A stretch of 64,000 nt of DNA, taken from Lachnospiraceae bacterium. Lineage in GTDB: Bacteria; Bacillota; Clostridia; Lachnospirales; Lachnospiraceae. The notes beneath the pieces are model-generated. The model was not told where the DNA came from. It worked only from the letters and a program-made list of their open reading frames with translations, and did not search any database. The stretch is from NCBI GenBank assembly GCA_030527595.1, contig JAUNAN010000001.1, forward strand, positions 882 to 64,881, read 5' to 3'. Below are positions 48,749 to 58,349 of the stretch, piece after piece; positions within the stretch are counted from its first letter, which is position 1; the number at the start of each line of letters is the position of its first letter. The position numbers and the translations under genes were made by a program.

Positions 48749-49156
48749 ATGAATATTGGAATGATTGCGCATAACAGCAAAAAAACACTGATTGAGGATT
48801 TCTGCATTGCATATAAAGGGATTCTTTCCAAACACGACATCTATGCAACAGGCACCACCGGCAGAAGAATAGAGGATGTGACCTCTCTCCGTGTTCACAA
48901 ATTCCTTCCGGGAACGATCGGCGGAGACAAGCAGTTCGCAGAGATGATCCAGCGCGGTGCTATGGACATGGTGATCTTTTTTTATAATCCTTCTATGATC
49001 GACTCTAAGGAGCCGGATATGAAGAAAATCGTAACTGTTTGCGATCAGAACACAATTCCGATCGCAACGAATATTGCAACCGCAGAGCTCCTGATCCTGG
49101 GCCTAGGAAGAGGAGACCTTGACTGGAGACTCGATATGAACAGAGAAGAAGTATGA
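48749..49156 (+). CDS. mgsA: Methylglyoxal synthase-like protein (divergent active site)
   Basis: IAHN.KK, ATGTTG, GGDKQ, EPD and IPIATN motifs. Confidence 0.8.
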   Translation: MNIGMIAHNSKKTLIEDFCIAYKGILSKHDIYATGTTGRRIEDVTSLRVHKFLPGTIGGDKQFAEMIQRGAMDMVIFFYNPSMIDSKEPDMKKIVTVCDQNTIPIATNIATAELLILGLGRGDLDWRLDMNREEV

Positions 49157-49704
49157 GAGTAATCGCAGGAACAGCCCGTTCTATGCCGCTTCGCACGGTA
49201 AAAGGAATGGATGTGCGTCCGACAACGGACAGAACAAAAGAGACACTGTTTAATATTTTACAGCCCTGGATTCCGGGCAGCCGCTTTCTTGATCTTTTTG
49301 CGGGAAGCGGATCGATCGGCATTGAGGCATTGAGCCGCGGAGCCGAGTGTGCGGTTTTTGTGGAAAAGGCAAGAGCAAGCCAGGATCTGATTCTCGAAAA
49401 TCTTGAATTCACGAAACTGATCGGCGGAGCAAAGCTCGAAAAAGGCGATGCCGTATCCGTTCTCCGGAAACTGGAGGGAGCGGATCCGTTTGATGTGATT
49501 TTTATGGATCCTCCTTTTGATCACGGTCTGGAAAAAGATGTGCTCGAATACCTGAGCACCAGTTCTCTACCGGCAGAGGATGGAATTATCGTAGTGGAGG
49601 CCTCTCCGAAGACGGATTTTTCTTATTTGCCTGAAATGGGATATTCTGTTGTAAAAGAACGGGTTTACGGACGAAGTCAGCATATTTTTCTTCGAAAAAA
49701 TTGA
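49153..49704 (+). CDS. rsmD: 16S rRNA m2G966 methyltransferase RsmD
   Basis: MRVIAG, RPTTDRTKETLFN, LDLFAGSG, EALSRGA and DPPF motifs. Confidence 0.95.
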   Translation: MRVIAGTARSMPLRTVKGMDVRPTTDRTKETLFNILQPWIPGSRFLDLFAGSGSIGIEALSRGAECAVFVEKARASQDLILENLEFTKLIGGAKLEKGDAVSVLRKLEGADPFDVIFMDPPFDHGLEKDVLEYLSTSSLPAEDGIIVVEASPKTDFSYLPEMGYSVVKERVYGRSQHIFLRKN

Positions 49705-49800
49705 AATGTTTTGACAATTTTACTTGACGCATGATCGTATGTATGTTAACACGAGATACGGTGCATTGCATCAAATCAATATAGAGGGAAGAAAAAAGTT

Positions 49801-50295
49801 ATGCATAAGGCTGTATACCCCGGCACATTCGATCCGGTCACATACGGACATCTCGATATTATCGCAAGAGCCGCTAAGCAGTTTGATGAAGTAGTGGTTG
49901 GTGTGCTTTGTAATTCACAAAAAACTCCGTTGTTTTCTGCAGAGGAACGTGTTAATATACTTAAGGAAGTTACGAAAGATATCGGTAATGTCACTGTGCT
50001 TATGTTCGACGGACTGTCTGTTGATTTCGTCAAAAAATGTCATGCTTCGGTGATCATACGCGGTCTTCGTGCGAATACAGATTTTGAATATGAGCTGCAG
50101 ATGGCTCAGACAAATCGTGTGCTTGCACCGGATATAGACACTATGTTTTTTGTGACGAGTTTAAAGTATTCGTTTTTAAGCTCGACGACCGCAAAGGAAG
50201 TGGCATCGTATGGGGAGAATCTTTCGAAATTCGTTCCTCCGTATGTGGCCGAACTTCTGAGGGATCGGTTCTTGGCTAAGAGAGAGGATACATAA
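49801..50295 (+). CDS. coaD: Pantetheine-phosphate adenylyltransferase
   Basis: [16 protein letters not shown] and RGLR..DFEYE motifs. Confidence 0.96.
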   Translation: MHKAVYPGTFDPVTYGHLDIIARAAKQFDEVVVGVLCNSQKTPLFSAEERVNILKEVTKDIGNVTVLMFDGLSVDFVKKCHASVIIRGLRANTDFEYELQMAQTNRVLAPDIDTMFFVTSLKYSFLSSTTAKEVASYGENLSKFVPPYVAELLRDRFLAKREDT

Positions 50296-50317
50296 TTATA
50301 TATAAGGGGGTTTTTTC

Positions 50318-50989
50318 ATGGCCAGCAGGATCGAACAGATCATTGAAGAAATCGAGGAGTACATTGACAGCTGTAAATTTCAGCCGCTGTCTACCACTAA
50401 AATCGTTGTAAACAAGGAAGAGCTTGAGGAGCTTTTAAGAGAGCTTCGTCTCAAGACTCCGGATGAAATAAAGAGATATCAGAAGATCATTTCCAATAAG
50501 GATGCGATCCTTGCAGATGCACAGTCCAAGGCCGACAGTATCGTTGCGGCTGCTGAGGCTCGTGCAAAGGAAATGGTCAGCCAGCATGAGATCACTCAGC
50601 AGGCTTACGCTCAGGCTAATGATACGATCAATAAGTCCAATAAGCAGGCACAGAGCATTCTTGACTCTGCCACTCAGGATGCAAACAATATTCGTCTTTC
50701 CGCAATTACTTATACGGATGACATGCTTGCAAGCCTTGGAAATCTGCTTGGAACGACGATCGATGATGCCGGCTCCAAGTACAATACACTGATTACATCT
50801 CTTCAGAATGCGTTCCAGACAGTGAAGCAGAACCGTCAGGAGCTCGCACCGCAGACACAGCAGGCTGTTTCTTCCAGACGTGTGGAAGAGAATTATAATG
50901 ATGACAGATTCGATCTTGAGGATGATGATCTTGAAGATATCGACGAGATCGATGAGGATTATGACGATTACGAAGATGAGGATCGTTGA
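50318..50989 (+). CDS. Coiled-coil protein (DivIVA/ATP synthase b-like) with acidic tail
   Basis: Ala/Gln-rich heptad region and a D/E-rich C-terminus. Occupies the usual post-coaD position in Clostridia. Confidence 0.75.
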   Translation: MASRIEQIIEEIEEYIDSCKFQPLSTTKIVVNKEELEELLRELRLKTPDEIKRYQKIISNKDAILADAQSKADSIVAAAEARAKEMVSQHEITQQAYAQANDTINKSNKQAQSILDSATQDANNIRLSAITYTDDMLASLGNLLGTTIDDAGSKYNTLITSLQNAFQTVKQNRQELAPQTQQAVSSRRVEENYNDDRFDLEDDDLEDIDEIDEDYDDYEDEDR

Positions 50990-51017
50990 TCATTCCGAAC
51001 ATATTAATATGAAAAAA

Positions 51018-51054
51018 GGAGGGGATGTTCTGCGGAGCATTCCCTCTTGTTTCA
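51018..51054 (+). terminator. Intrinsic terminator
   Basis: GGAGGGGATGTTC-TGCG-GAGCATTCCCTCT followed by TGTTT. Confidence 0.7.
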
Positions 51055-51102
51055 TTTTCGAAAAAGAAACCGATAACCTGTAAAAGAAAAAGGAGAACGT
51101 AT

Positions 51103-52551
51103 ATGGGCAGACTTGAACAGCTGAAACCGCAGGATGTATTCCGCTATTTTGAAGAAATTTCCGCGATCCCGAGAGGGTCCGGAAATACTGCAGCGATCCG
51201 CGATTATCTGGTGGAATTTGCAGGAGACAGAGATTTAAAATGTGAAGCAGATGAAGCTGGCAATGTGATCATTTACGGACCGGCAAGCAGCGGCTATCAA
51301 AATTCCGATCCGGTTATTCTCCAGGGTCATATCGATATGGTCTGTGCAAAGAAGACAGATCATGCACATGATTTTCTGACAGAGCCGCTTGAGCTTGACT
51401 GCGATGACGAGTATGTTTTCGCAAAAGGTACTTCTCTCGGCGGTGATGACGGAATCGCTGTTGCCTATATGCTTGCTCTGCTTGATACTGACGAGATCCC
51501 TCATCCGGCTCTTGAATGTGTTTTCACTGCGGATGAAGAAGTCGGACTGATCGGTGCGGCTGCACTCGATACAAAAAAACTGAAGGGCAGAAGATTGATC
51601 AACCTGGATTCCGAGGATGAAGGAATTCTCACCTGCGGCTGTGCGGGAGGTATTCGTGTGGACGTGATCCTTCCGATCACCCGTATCACACAGAAGGGTC
51701 TTCCCGTAAGAGTAACGGTCGGCGGGCTTCAGGGCGGACATTCCGGAATGGAGATCGACAAAAACCGCGTCAATGCCGATAAGCTCCTCGGACGTTATCT
51801 CTATGAGCTGAACAGAGCGGGTGCATTTTCTCTCTCAACGATCTCCGGCGGTGACAAGGATAATGCCATCCCTGCTTCCTCAAAGGCAGAGATCGTGATC
51901 GATGAGGATGATTTTACCAGTCTTGAGGCCTTTACAAAGAAATTTTCCGATAAGGTTAAAAATGAAAACCGCGGAGGCGACGAACAGGTTGAGGTACGTG
52001 TTGAAAGACTGAATGTAAGAAAAGTTTCTGTTCTTGACCTGGACAGTCAGGACCGCATCATTACATTCCTGATGCATGCTCCGACAGGCGTCAGAAAAAT
52101 GTCTTCTTTAACTCCGGGACTGGTACAGACTTCCTCTAATCTCGGCATCATTAAAGCAGGAGAAAAGGAGTTTGCCGCAGTTCTCTCCGTCAGAAGTTCC
52201 GTTATGACAGAGAGAGAGTATCTTGTTGAGGAAATTCAGTCTGTTTCCGAATATCTCGGAGGAGCGATCGGCGTACGTGATCCCTATCCGGCATGGGAGT
52301 ACAGAGAAAATTCTCCTCTCCGTGAGACGATGGTCAACTCCTATCGTGAGTTTTATGGTACTGAGCCCGTGGTAAATGTAATTCATGCCGGACTTGAGTG
52401 CGGTGTATTCCATGATAAGATCCGCGGACTTGATGCAGTCTCTATCGGTCCGGATATCCTGAATGTACATACCGCAAACGAGAAGCTTTCTATTGCTTCC
52501 ACTGAGCGTACATGGGAATATCTGAAAAAGGTTCTCGCAGATCTTAAGTGA
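51103..52551 (+). CDS. pepD: Aminoacyl-histidine dipeptidase (M20C)
   Basis: LQGHIDMV, LGGDDG, DEEVG, NLDSE, GGHSG and HAGLECG motifs. Confidence 0.92.
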   Translation: MGRLEQLKPQDVFRYFEEISAIPRGSGNTAAIRDYLVEFAGDRDLKCEADEAGNVIIYGPASSGYQNSDPVILQGHIDMVCAKKTDHAHDFLTEPLELDCDDEYVFAKGTSLGGDDGIAVAYMLALLDTDEIPHPALECVFTADEEVGLIGAAALDTKKLKGRRLINLDSEDEGILTCGCAGGIRVDVILPITRITQKGLPVRVTVGGLQGGHSGMEIDKNRVNADKLLGRYLYELNRAGAFSLSTISGGDKDNAIPASSKAEIVIDEDDFTSLEAFTKKFSDKVKNENRGGDEQVEVRVERLNVRKVSVLDLDSQDRIITFLMHAPTGVRKMSSLTPGLVQTSSNLGIIKAGEKEFAAVLSVRSSVMTEREYLVEEIQSVSEYLGGAIGVRDPYPAWEYRENSPLRETMVNSYREFYGTEPVVNVIHAGLECGVFHDKIRGLDAVSIGPDILNVHTANEKLSIASTERTWEYLKKVLADLK

Positions 52552-52610
52552 TCCGGGTTTGATTCGATAGAAAAATATTATGGTCGGCAAATTCAGCTGA
52601 CGAATGAATC

Positions 52611-53642
52611 ATGCAGAATATTACCATAAGAGAGAATGAGGCGGGGCAGCGCTTTGACAAGTTTCTTAAGAAATATTTAAGCGAAGCATCCCCCTCATTT
52701 CTTTATAAAATGCTGAGAAAGAAGAATATCACGCTGAACGGAAAAAGAGCAGACGGGCGTGAGATCCTGCAGATAGATGATGAGGTTAAGCTCTTTTTTT
52801 CCGATGAGACTTTTCAGAAGTTTCGAGGTTCAAAAGACCTGTCTTTGCGTGAGCAGAAGAGCGGCGGCCCGCTTTTAAATTCAGAAACGGCACAATTACT
52901 TTCTCCGGTATACGAGGATCATCATATTCTGATTTTTAACAAACCGGCCGGAATGCTGTCCCAGAAGGCTGCAAGAAATGACATTTCTCTTGCCGAAATA
53001 CTTGTGAGGTATCTGCAGAAGAATGGAGAGCTTACGGAGGAGAGCGGGCGTGCATTCAGACCTTCTCCGGTAAATCGGCTGGATCTTAATACTTCCGGTC
53101 TCGTACTCTGCGGTAAAACACTGGCGGGACTTCAGTATTTATCCGAGCTTTTGAAAGTGAGAGATACTCAAAAGTATTATTATGCCATTGTACGGGGAGA
53201 CTTTCGACCGGAAGGTATTCACAGTGCCTATCTGCGCAAAGATGCAAAAAGAAATCTCGTGCAGGTAACGTCGCAGGAAATTCCGGGCAGCCGCAGGATC
53301 ACGACCGGATTTCGAAAGATCGACGGCAATGATCGCTGCTCTCTGGTAGAGGCAGAGCTGATAACAGGAAGAACACACCAGATTCGTGCACACCTTTCTT
53401 ATCTCGGATATCCGATACTTGGGGATCCCAAATATGGAGACAGACGGGTAAACAGAATGTTTATGAAGGAAACCGGCGTCTCCAGACAGATGCTTCATGC
53501 CCGGAAGATCATTTTTCCCGAACAGGTGCGGTCTGGATTTGAAACACTGAAGGGGAGAACCGTGAGCGGTGCACTTCCGCAGGATTTTTGCGATGTTCTT
53601 AATAAACTGAAGCTTTTAAATCCCGGAGAAGAAGGGATTTGA
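52611..53642 (+). CDS. RluA/RluC-family pseudouridine synthase with S4 domain
   Basis: GQRFDKFL (S4), NKPAG, NRLDLNTSG and TGRTHQIR motifs. Confidence 0.92.
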   Translation: MQNITIRENEAGQRFDKFLKKYLSEASPSFLYKMLRKKNITLNGKRADGREILQIDDEVKLFFSDETFQKFRGSKDLSLREQKSGGPLLNSETAQLLSPVYEDHHILIFNKPAGMLSQKAARNDISLAEILVRYLQKNGELTEESGRAFRPSPVNRLDLNTSGLVLCGKTLAGLQYLSELLKVRDTQKYYYAIVRGDFRPEGIHSAYLRKDAKRNLVQVTSQEIPGSRRITTGFRKIDGNDRCSLVEAELITGRTHQIRAHLSYLGYPILGDPKYGDRRVNRMFMKETGVSRQMLHARKIIFPEQVRSGFETLKGRTVSGALPQDFCDVLNKLKLLNPGEEGI

Positions 53643-53715
53643 AGAAGAACAGCCGGAAGGATCCTGGTTAAAGGCGTGCCCGAGGACAGACAATTAATAA
53701 AATAAGAGCAGGTAT

Positions 53716-54321
53716 ATGAAAGAAAGAATAAACAGCAAAGAAACAGATATCACAGATTCTGTTTCCGGGGACACAGCCGCTGCGGAGAGGAAGGAGAAAT
53801 CCATGACCCGTGAAATTCTCGAATATGTGGGAATGATCGGTGCCGTTGTGGTAATCGCCTTTCTACTTGAGACCTTTATCGTTATCAACGCAAGAATTCC
53901 ATCTGCTTCCATGGAAAATACGATCATGACATCCGATCGGATCTTTGGTAATCGTCTGGCTTATATAAACGATGATCCTAAAAGATATGATATCGTGATT
54001 TTTAAATATCCGGACGATGAATCTCAGCTTTTTATCAAGCGCGTCATCGGTCTTCCGGGAGAAACGGTAGAGATCATTGACGGGAAGGTTTATATCAATA
54101 ATTCCGCCGAGCCGCTGGATGACAGCTTTTGTCCGGAGACACCGGAGGGTGATTTCGGACCTTATGTTGTCCCTGAAGGCAGCTATTTTATGCTGGGAGA
54201 TAATCGGAATCACAGCCGTGATTCCCGTTATTGGGACAATACCTTTGTATCCAAGGACGCTATTTTAGGCAAGACAATATTTCGTTACTGGCCGATCACG
54301 GAAATCGGTACGATCAGCTGA
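53716..54321 (+). CDS. lepB: Signal peptidase I
   Basis: IPSASMENT, FIKRVIGLPG and LGDNRNHSRDSR motifs. Confidence 0.94.
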   Translation: MKERINSKETDITDSVSGDTAAAERKEKSMTREILEYVGMIGAVVVIAFLLETFIVINARIPSASMENTIMTSDRIFGNRLAYINDDPKRYDIVIFKYPDDESQLFIKRVIGLPGETVEIIDGKVYINNSAEPLDDSFCPETPEGDFGPYVVPEGSYFMLGDNRNHSRDSRYWDNTFVSKDAILGKTIFRYWPITEIGTIS

Positions 54322-54872
54322 TGGCAGCCTGGAGAACAAGGGGCCTGCGCGGATCGGTCCTGGAGGATGTGATCAATCAGACAATTGAACATTATCGCTC
54401 CGCGGGACTTGCCCTGATTCAAAAAATCCCGACGCCGATCACGCCGATCAATATCGATCAGGCAACACGTCATATCACCCTTGCCTATTTTGAACAAAGA
54501 AGTACCGTCGACTATATGGGGATCGTACAGGGGATTCCGGTGTGCTTTGACGCTAAGGAATGTGCTGTGGATACATTTCCCCTGCATAATATTCATGCTC
54601 ATCAGACAGAGTTCATGACAGAGTTTGAAAAACAGGGCGGTGTCTCCTTTTTACTGCTGTGTTTTACACACAGACAGGAGTATTATTACATGCCATACGT
54701 CGAGCTGATGGAATTCTGGAACAGAATGAAATTAGGCGGCAGGAAAAGCTTTAAAATTTCCGAACTGGATCCTGCATATTTTCTGGATACGGAGAGAGGA
54801 TTTTATCTTCCGATCCTGGAGGGACTGCAGAGAGATCTGAATGCACGGGAGGAAAGAGAGGAACAGAAATGA
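54321..54872 (+). CDS. recU: Holliday junction resolvase RecU
   Basis: RG..LE..IN, QKIPTP, STVDYMG, FDAKE and HQ motifs. TGATG coupling with lepB. Confidence 0.92.
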   Translation: MAAWRTRGLRGSVLEDVINQTIEHYRSAGLALIQKIPTPITPINIDQATRHITLAYFEQRSTVDYMGIVQGIPVCFDAKECAVDTFPLHNIHAHQTEFMTEFEKQGGVSFLLLCFTHRQEYYYMPYVELMEFWNRMKLGGRKSFKISELDPAYFLDTERGFYLPILEGLQRDLNAREEREEQK

Positions 54873-55861
54873 AGAATCTGATGATCCATACACCGGAGGG
54901 AATTCGGGATATTTACGGTGGTGAGGCTGCCAGAAAGCATGCCCTGATGTCCGCCCTTTACAATATCTTCATGAGCTACGGTTATGAGGAGATAGAGACA
55001 CCGATCATTGAGTATTTTGATGTATTCAGCAATGAAGTGGGTACGACTCCGTCTAATGAGCTGTACAAGTTCTTTGACAGAACAGGAAATACTCTGGTTC
55101 TTCGTCCGGATTTCACTCCATCTGTAGCACGTGCTGTTTCTATGCATTTTCAGAAAGATAGGATGCCCTACAGACTTTGCTATGAGGGCAAGACTTTTGT
55201 GAATTCGGCTGAATATCAGGGTCACCTGAAAGAGTCTACTCAGATGGGAGTGGAGCTGATCGGAAAAAGCGGGGCGGAAGCAGATGCGGAAGTACTTGCC
55301 CTGACCTGCGATCTTCTGAAGGCTGCCGGTCTGTCGGATTTTCAGGTGAGCGTCGGACAGGTGGATTTCTTCAAGGCACTTGCAGATGACTCGGGTCTCA
55401 CAAATGAGGAGACAGAAGAGATCCGTCAGCTTATCTCTAACAAGAATTTCTTCGGTGTAGAGGAGCTGCTTAAGGACCGCAAAATGTATACCGAGATCAA
55501 GGAAGGCATGACCCGTCTCCCGCAGCTGTTCGGAGGCAGAGACGTGCTGGACGAGGCGGAGAAATATGCAATTAATGACAGAGCTGCCGCCGCACTCGGA
55601 AATCTCAGGGAGATCGACAGGATTCTTCAGGAGAAGGGTTACGGCAGATATATTTCCTATGACTTCGGTTCCCTGAGTAAATATCATTATTACACAGGTA
55701 TTATTTTCTCTGCGTTTACCTACGGAACCGGAGAGGCGGTTGCAAAGGGCGGTCGATATGATACCCTTCTGACACATTTCGGAACGGATGCCCCGGCTGT
55801 CGGCGTGGGCCTCTATGTTGACACACTGATGAACGCAATTTCCAGACAGAGGGTGGATTAA
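54869..55861 (+). CDS. hisZ: ATP phosphoribosyltransferase regulatory subunit
   Basis: HisRS-like fold (TPEGIRD, VLRPDFT, YYTG, GGRYD) lacking the anticodon domain. Upstream of short hisG. Confidence 0.93.
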   Translation: MKNLMIHTPEGIRDIYGGEAARKHALMSALYNIFMSYGYEEIETPIIEYFDVFSNEVGTTPSNELYKFFDRTGNTLVLRPDFTPSVARAVSMHFQKDRMPYRLCYEGKTFVNSAEYQGHLKESTQMGVELIGKSGAEADAEVLALTCDLLKAAGLSDFQVSVGQVDFFKALADDSGLTNEETEEIRQLISNKNFFGVEELLKDRKMYTEIKEGMTRLPQLFGGRDVLDEAEKYAINDRAAAALGNLREIDRILQEKGYGRYISYDFGSLSKYHYYTGIIFSAFTYGTGEAVAKGGRYDTLLTHFGTDAPAVGVGLYVDTLMNAISRQRVD

Positions 55862-55864
55862 TCA

Positions 55865-56515
55865 ATGAGAACAATTACGATTGCCCTGACAAAGGGGCGT
55901 CTTGCAAAAAAGACATTACAGCTGTTTGATCAGATCGGGATTCGCGCGGAAGGTTCTACGGATGACTCTACACGAAAGCTGATCTTTGAAAATGAAGATC
56001 TCGCGGTACGTTTCTTCATGGCAAAGGGACCGGATGTTCCGACCTATGTTGCCTATGGAGCTGCAGATATGGGCATCGTCGGCAGAGACACGATCCTTGA
56101 GGAAAACAGACATCTCTATGAAGTGCTGGATCTCGGATACGGCAAGTGCCGTATGTGCATCTGCGGTCCCGAGAGTGCCAGAAAATATCTTGATTCCGGT
56201 GAACAGATCCGCGTGGCAACCAAATATCCCCGGATCGCCAAGGATTACTTCCTTAACCGGAAGCATCAGACAGTTGAGATCGTGAAGCTGAACGGATCCA
56301 TTGAGCTGGCACCTATTGTCGGTCTTTCCGAGGTGATCTGCGATATTGTTGAAACCGGTTCAACGCTGCGTGAGAACGGCCTTCAGGTTCTGGAAGAGGT
56401 ATGCCCGATTTCGGCAAGAGTCGTTGTAAATCAGGTCAGTATGAAAATGGAAAACGAGCGTATTTCCGAAATCATTCGTCAGCTGAAGGAGGCCCTGGAA
56501 AATGAGAACAATTAA
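55865..56515 (+). CDS. hisG: ATP phosphoribosyltransferase (short form)
   Basis: ALTKGRL, DVPTYV, VATKYP and GSIELAP..DIVETGSTL motifs. Confidence 0.95.
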   Translation: MRTITIALTKGRLAKKTLQLFDQIGIRAEGSTDDSTRKLIFENEDLAVRFFMAKGPDVPTYVAYGAADMGIVGRDTILEENRHLYEVLDLGYGKCRMCICGPESARKYLDSGEQIRVATKYPRIAKDYFLNRKHQTVEIVKLNGSIELAPIVGLSEVICDIVETGSTLRENGLQVLEEVCPISARVVVNQVSMKMENERISEIIRQLKEALENENN

Positions 56516-57800
56516 GCTTACCGAAGAAGCGTTTGACGGCATGGTGAAAAACATGCTGAAGCGCAGCACGGACAGCTATCCGCAGCAGGAGAAACAGGTT
56601 GCGGAAATTCTGGACACAATAAAAAATGAGGGAGATGCGGCCCTTTTTGATTATACAAAACGCTTCGACGGAGCGGAAATCAATGCGGATACGATTCGTG
56701 TTACTCCCAAGGAGGAGCGTGAGGCCTATGATGCCGTTGATCCTGAGATGATCGGCATCGTCAGACGCGCAATCAAGCGAATCCGTGCCTTTCATGAAAA
56801 TCAAAAGGAAAAGAGCTGGTTCATGACTGAGGATAACGGCATGGTGCTCGGTCAGAGGATCACACCTCTTGCTGTTGCCGGCGTATATGTTCCCGGCGGA
56901 AAGGCTGTTTATCCGTCTACTGTTCTTATGAATATTGTGCCTGCTCAGGTTGCGGGGGTGCCGAGGATCATCATGTGCACGCCTCCCGGAAAAGACGGGA
57001 AGGTTGCGCCTATGACTCTTGTCGCGGCAAAGGAAGCCGGTGCAGATGAGATCTACAAGGTCGGCGGCGCACAGGCGATCGCAGCAATGGCTTATGGAAC
57101 GGAGAGTGTTCCCAAAGTAGATAAGATCACAGGTCCCGGAAATATCTATGTCGCGCTTGCTAAGAGAGCTGTTTACGGGCATGTGTCTATTGACTCCGTT
57201 GCGGGACCCTCTGAGATCACGGTCCTTGCGGATGAGACTGCCAATGCTCACTATGTGGCAGCCGATCTGCTGTCTCAGGCAGAGCATGATCAGCTTGCCT
57301 CTGCAATTCTCGTGACAACAAGCAGTAAGCTCGCTGAGGATGTGAGCCGTGAAGTGGATGCCTATCTTCAGAAGCTTTCAAGAAGGGAGATCATGGAGGC
57401 TTCTCTTGAGAATTTTGGCTATATTCTGGTTACCGATACTATGGAGGATGCGGTTCGTGCAGTGAATGAAATTGCACCGGAGCATCTTGAGATCGAGACA
57501 AGGGATCCCTTCCTCATGATGACTAAGATCAAAAATGCCGGTGCGATCTTTATCGGACCGTATTCATCAGAACCTCTCGGAGATTATTTTGCGGGACCGA
57601 ATCATGTACTGCCCACAAACGGTACCGCGAAATTCTTTTCTGCGCTTTCCGTCGATGATTTTGTAAAAAAATCAAGTATTATTTACGCCTCACGTGAAGC
57701 GCTTGATCCGCTGCATAAAGATATTATTGCATTTGCGGAGTCAGAACAGCTGACTGCCCACGCCAATTCCGTGCGCGTCAGATTTGAAGACGAAAACTGA
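56502..57800 (+). CDS. hisD: Histidinol dehydrogenase
   Basis: YVPGG, GGAQAIAA, GPGNIYV, AGPSE, QAEHD, APEHLE and GPNHVLPT motifs. Confidence 0.96.
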   Translation: MRTIKLTEEAFDGMVKNMLKRSTDSYPQQEKQVAEILDTIKNEGDAALFDYTKRFDGAEINADTIRVTPKEEREAYDAVDPEMIGIVRRAIKRIRAFHENQKEKSWFMTEDNGMVLGQRITPLAVAGVYVPGGKAVYPSTVLMNIVPAQVAGVPRIIMCTPPGKDGKVAPMTLVAAKEAGADEIYKVGGAQAIAAMAYGTESVPKVDKITGPGNIYVALAKRAVYGHVSIDSVAGPSEITVLADETANAHYVAADLLSQAEHDQLASAILVTTSSKLAEDVSREVDAYLQKLSRREIMEASLENFGYILVTDTMEDAVRAVNEIAPEHLEIETRDPFLMMTKIKNAGAIFIGPYSSEPLGDYFAGPNHVLPTNGTAKFFSALSVDDFVKKSSIIYASREALDPLHKDIIAFAESEQLTAHANSVRVRFEDEN

Positions 57801-57803
57801 TCA

Positions 57804-57899
57804 TTAAGTCCGGAAGCGGGCGCTCATTCATAGGAATCGAGTGGAGGGACAATTCCCTCCACTCGATTGTTTACCACATAACATACGCTTCCGACTTGA
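57804..57899. repeat. Nested inverted-repeat element between hisD and hisI
   Basis: Perfect 15-bp stem AATCGAGTGGAGGGA-CAAT-TCCCTCCACTCGATT (57835-57868), enclosed by AAGTCCGGAAGCG (57806-57818) / CGCTTCCGACTT (57886-57897). Confidence 0.8.
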
Positions 57900-57964
57900 A
57901 AATTTCATCTGCGTAGAATACGGATGTATCATTGCCTGCAGAAAATTTTCGGAAAGGAGATTTC

Positions 57965-58333
57965 ATGAATTCCAAAATTGCCTGGAGTGATTTTAAGCTG
58001 AACAGTGACGGATTGATTCCTGTTATTGCACAGGATTATCAGACCGGAGACGTGCTGATGCTCGCCTATATGAACGAGGAAAGCTTTCAGAGGACGCTGG
58101 AGACCGGAAAGATGTGTTACTGGTCAAGAAGCAGACAGGAGCTCTGGACCAAGGGTGAGACCTCCGGTCATCTGCAATATGTAAAATCACTGGATATCGA
58201 CTGCGATAACGATACGATTCTGGCAAAGGTTTACCAGATCGGGGCTGCCTGTCATACAGGCAATCGCAGCTGCTTCTTCACGCGGCTCTGCGAAACAGAA
58301 CTTCCCGGGGAACTCGCTGAGCGGTCTCACTGA
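57965..58333 (+). CDS. hisI: Phosphoribosyl-AMP cyclohydrolase (no HisE domain)
   Basis: [35 protein letters not shown] and ACHTG..SCF motifs. Confidence 0.94.
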   Translation: MNSKIAWSDFKLNSDGLIPVIAQDYQTGDVLMLAYMNEESFQRTLETGKMCYWSRSRQELWTKGETSGHLQYVKSLDIDCDNDTILAKVYQIGAACHTGNRSCFFTRLCETELPGELAERSH

Positions 58334-58349
58334 ATGAGAGGAGTACAAC

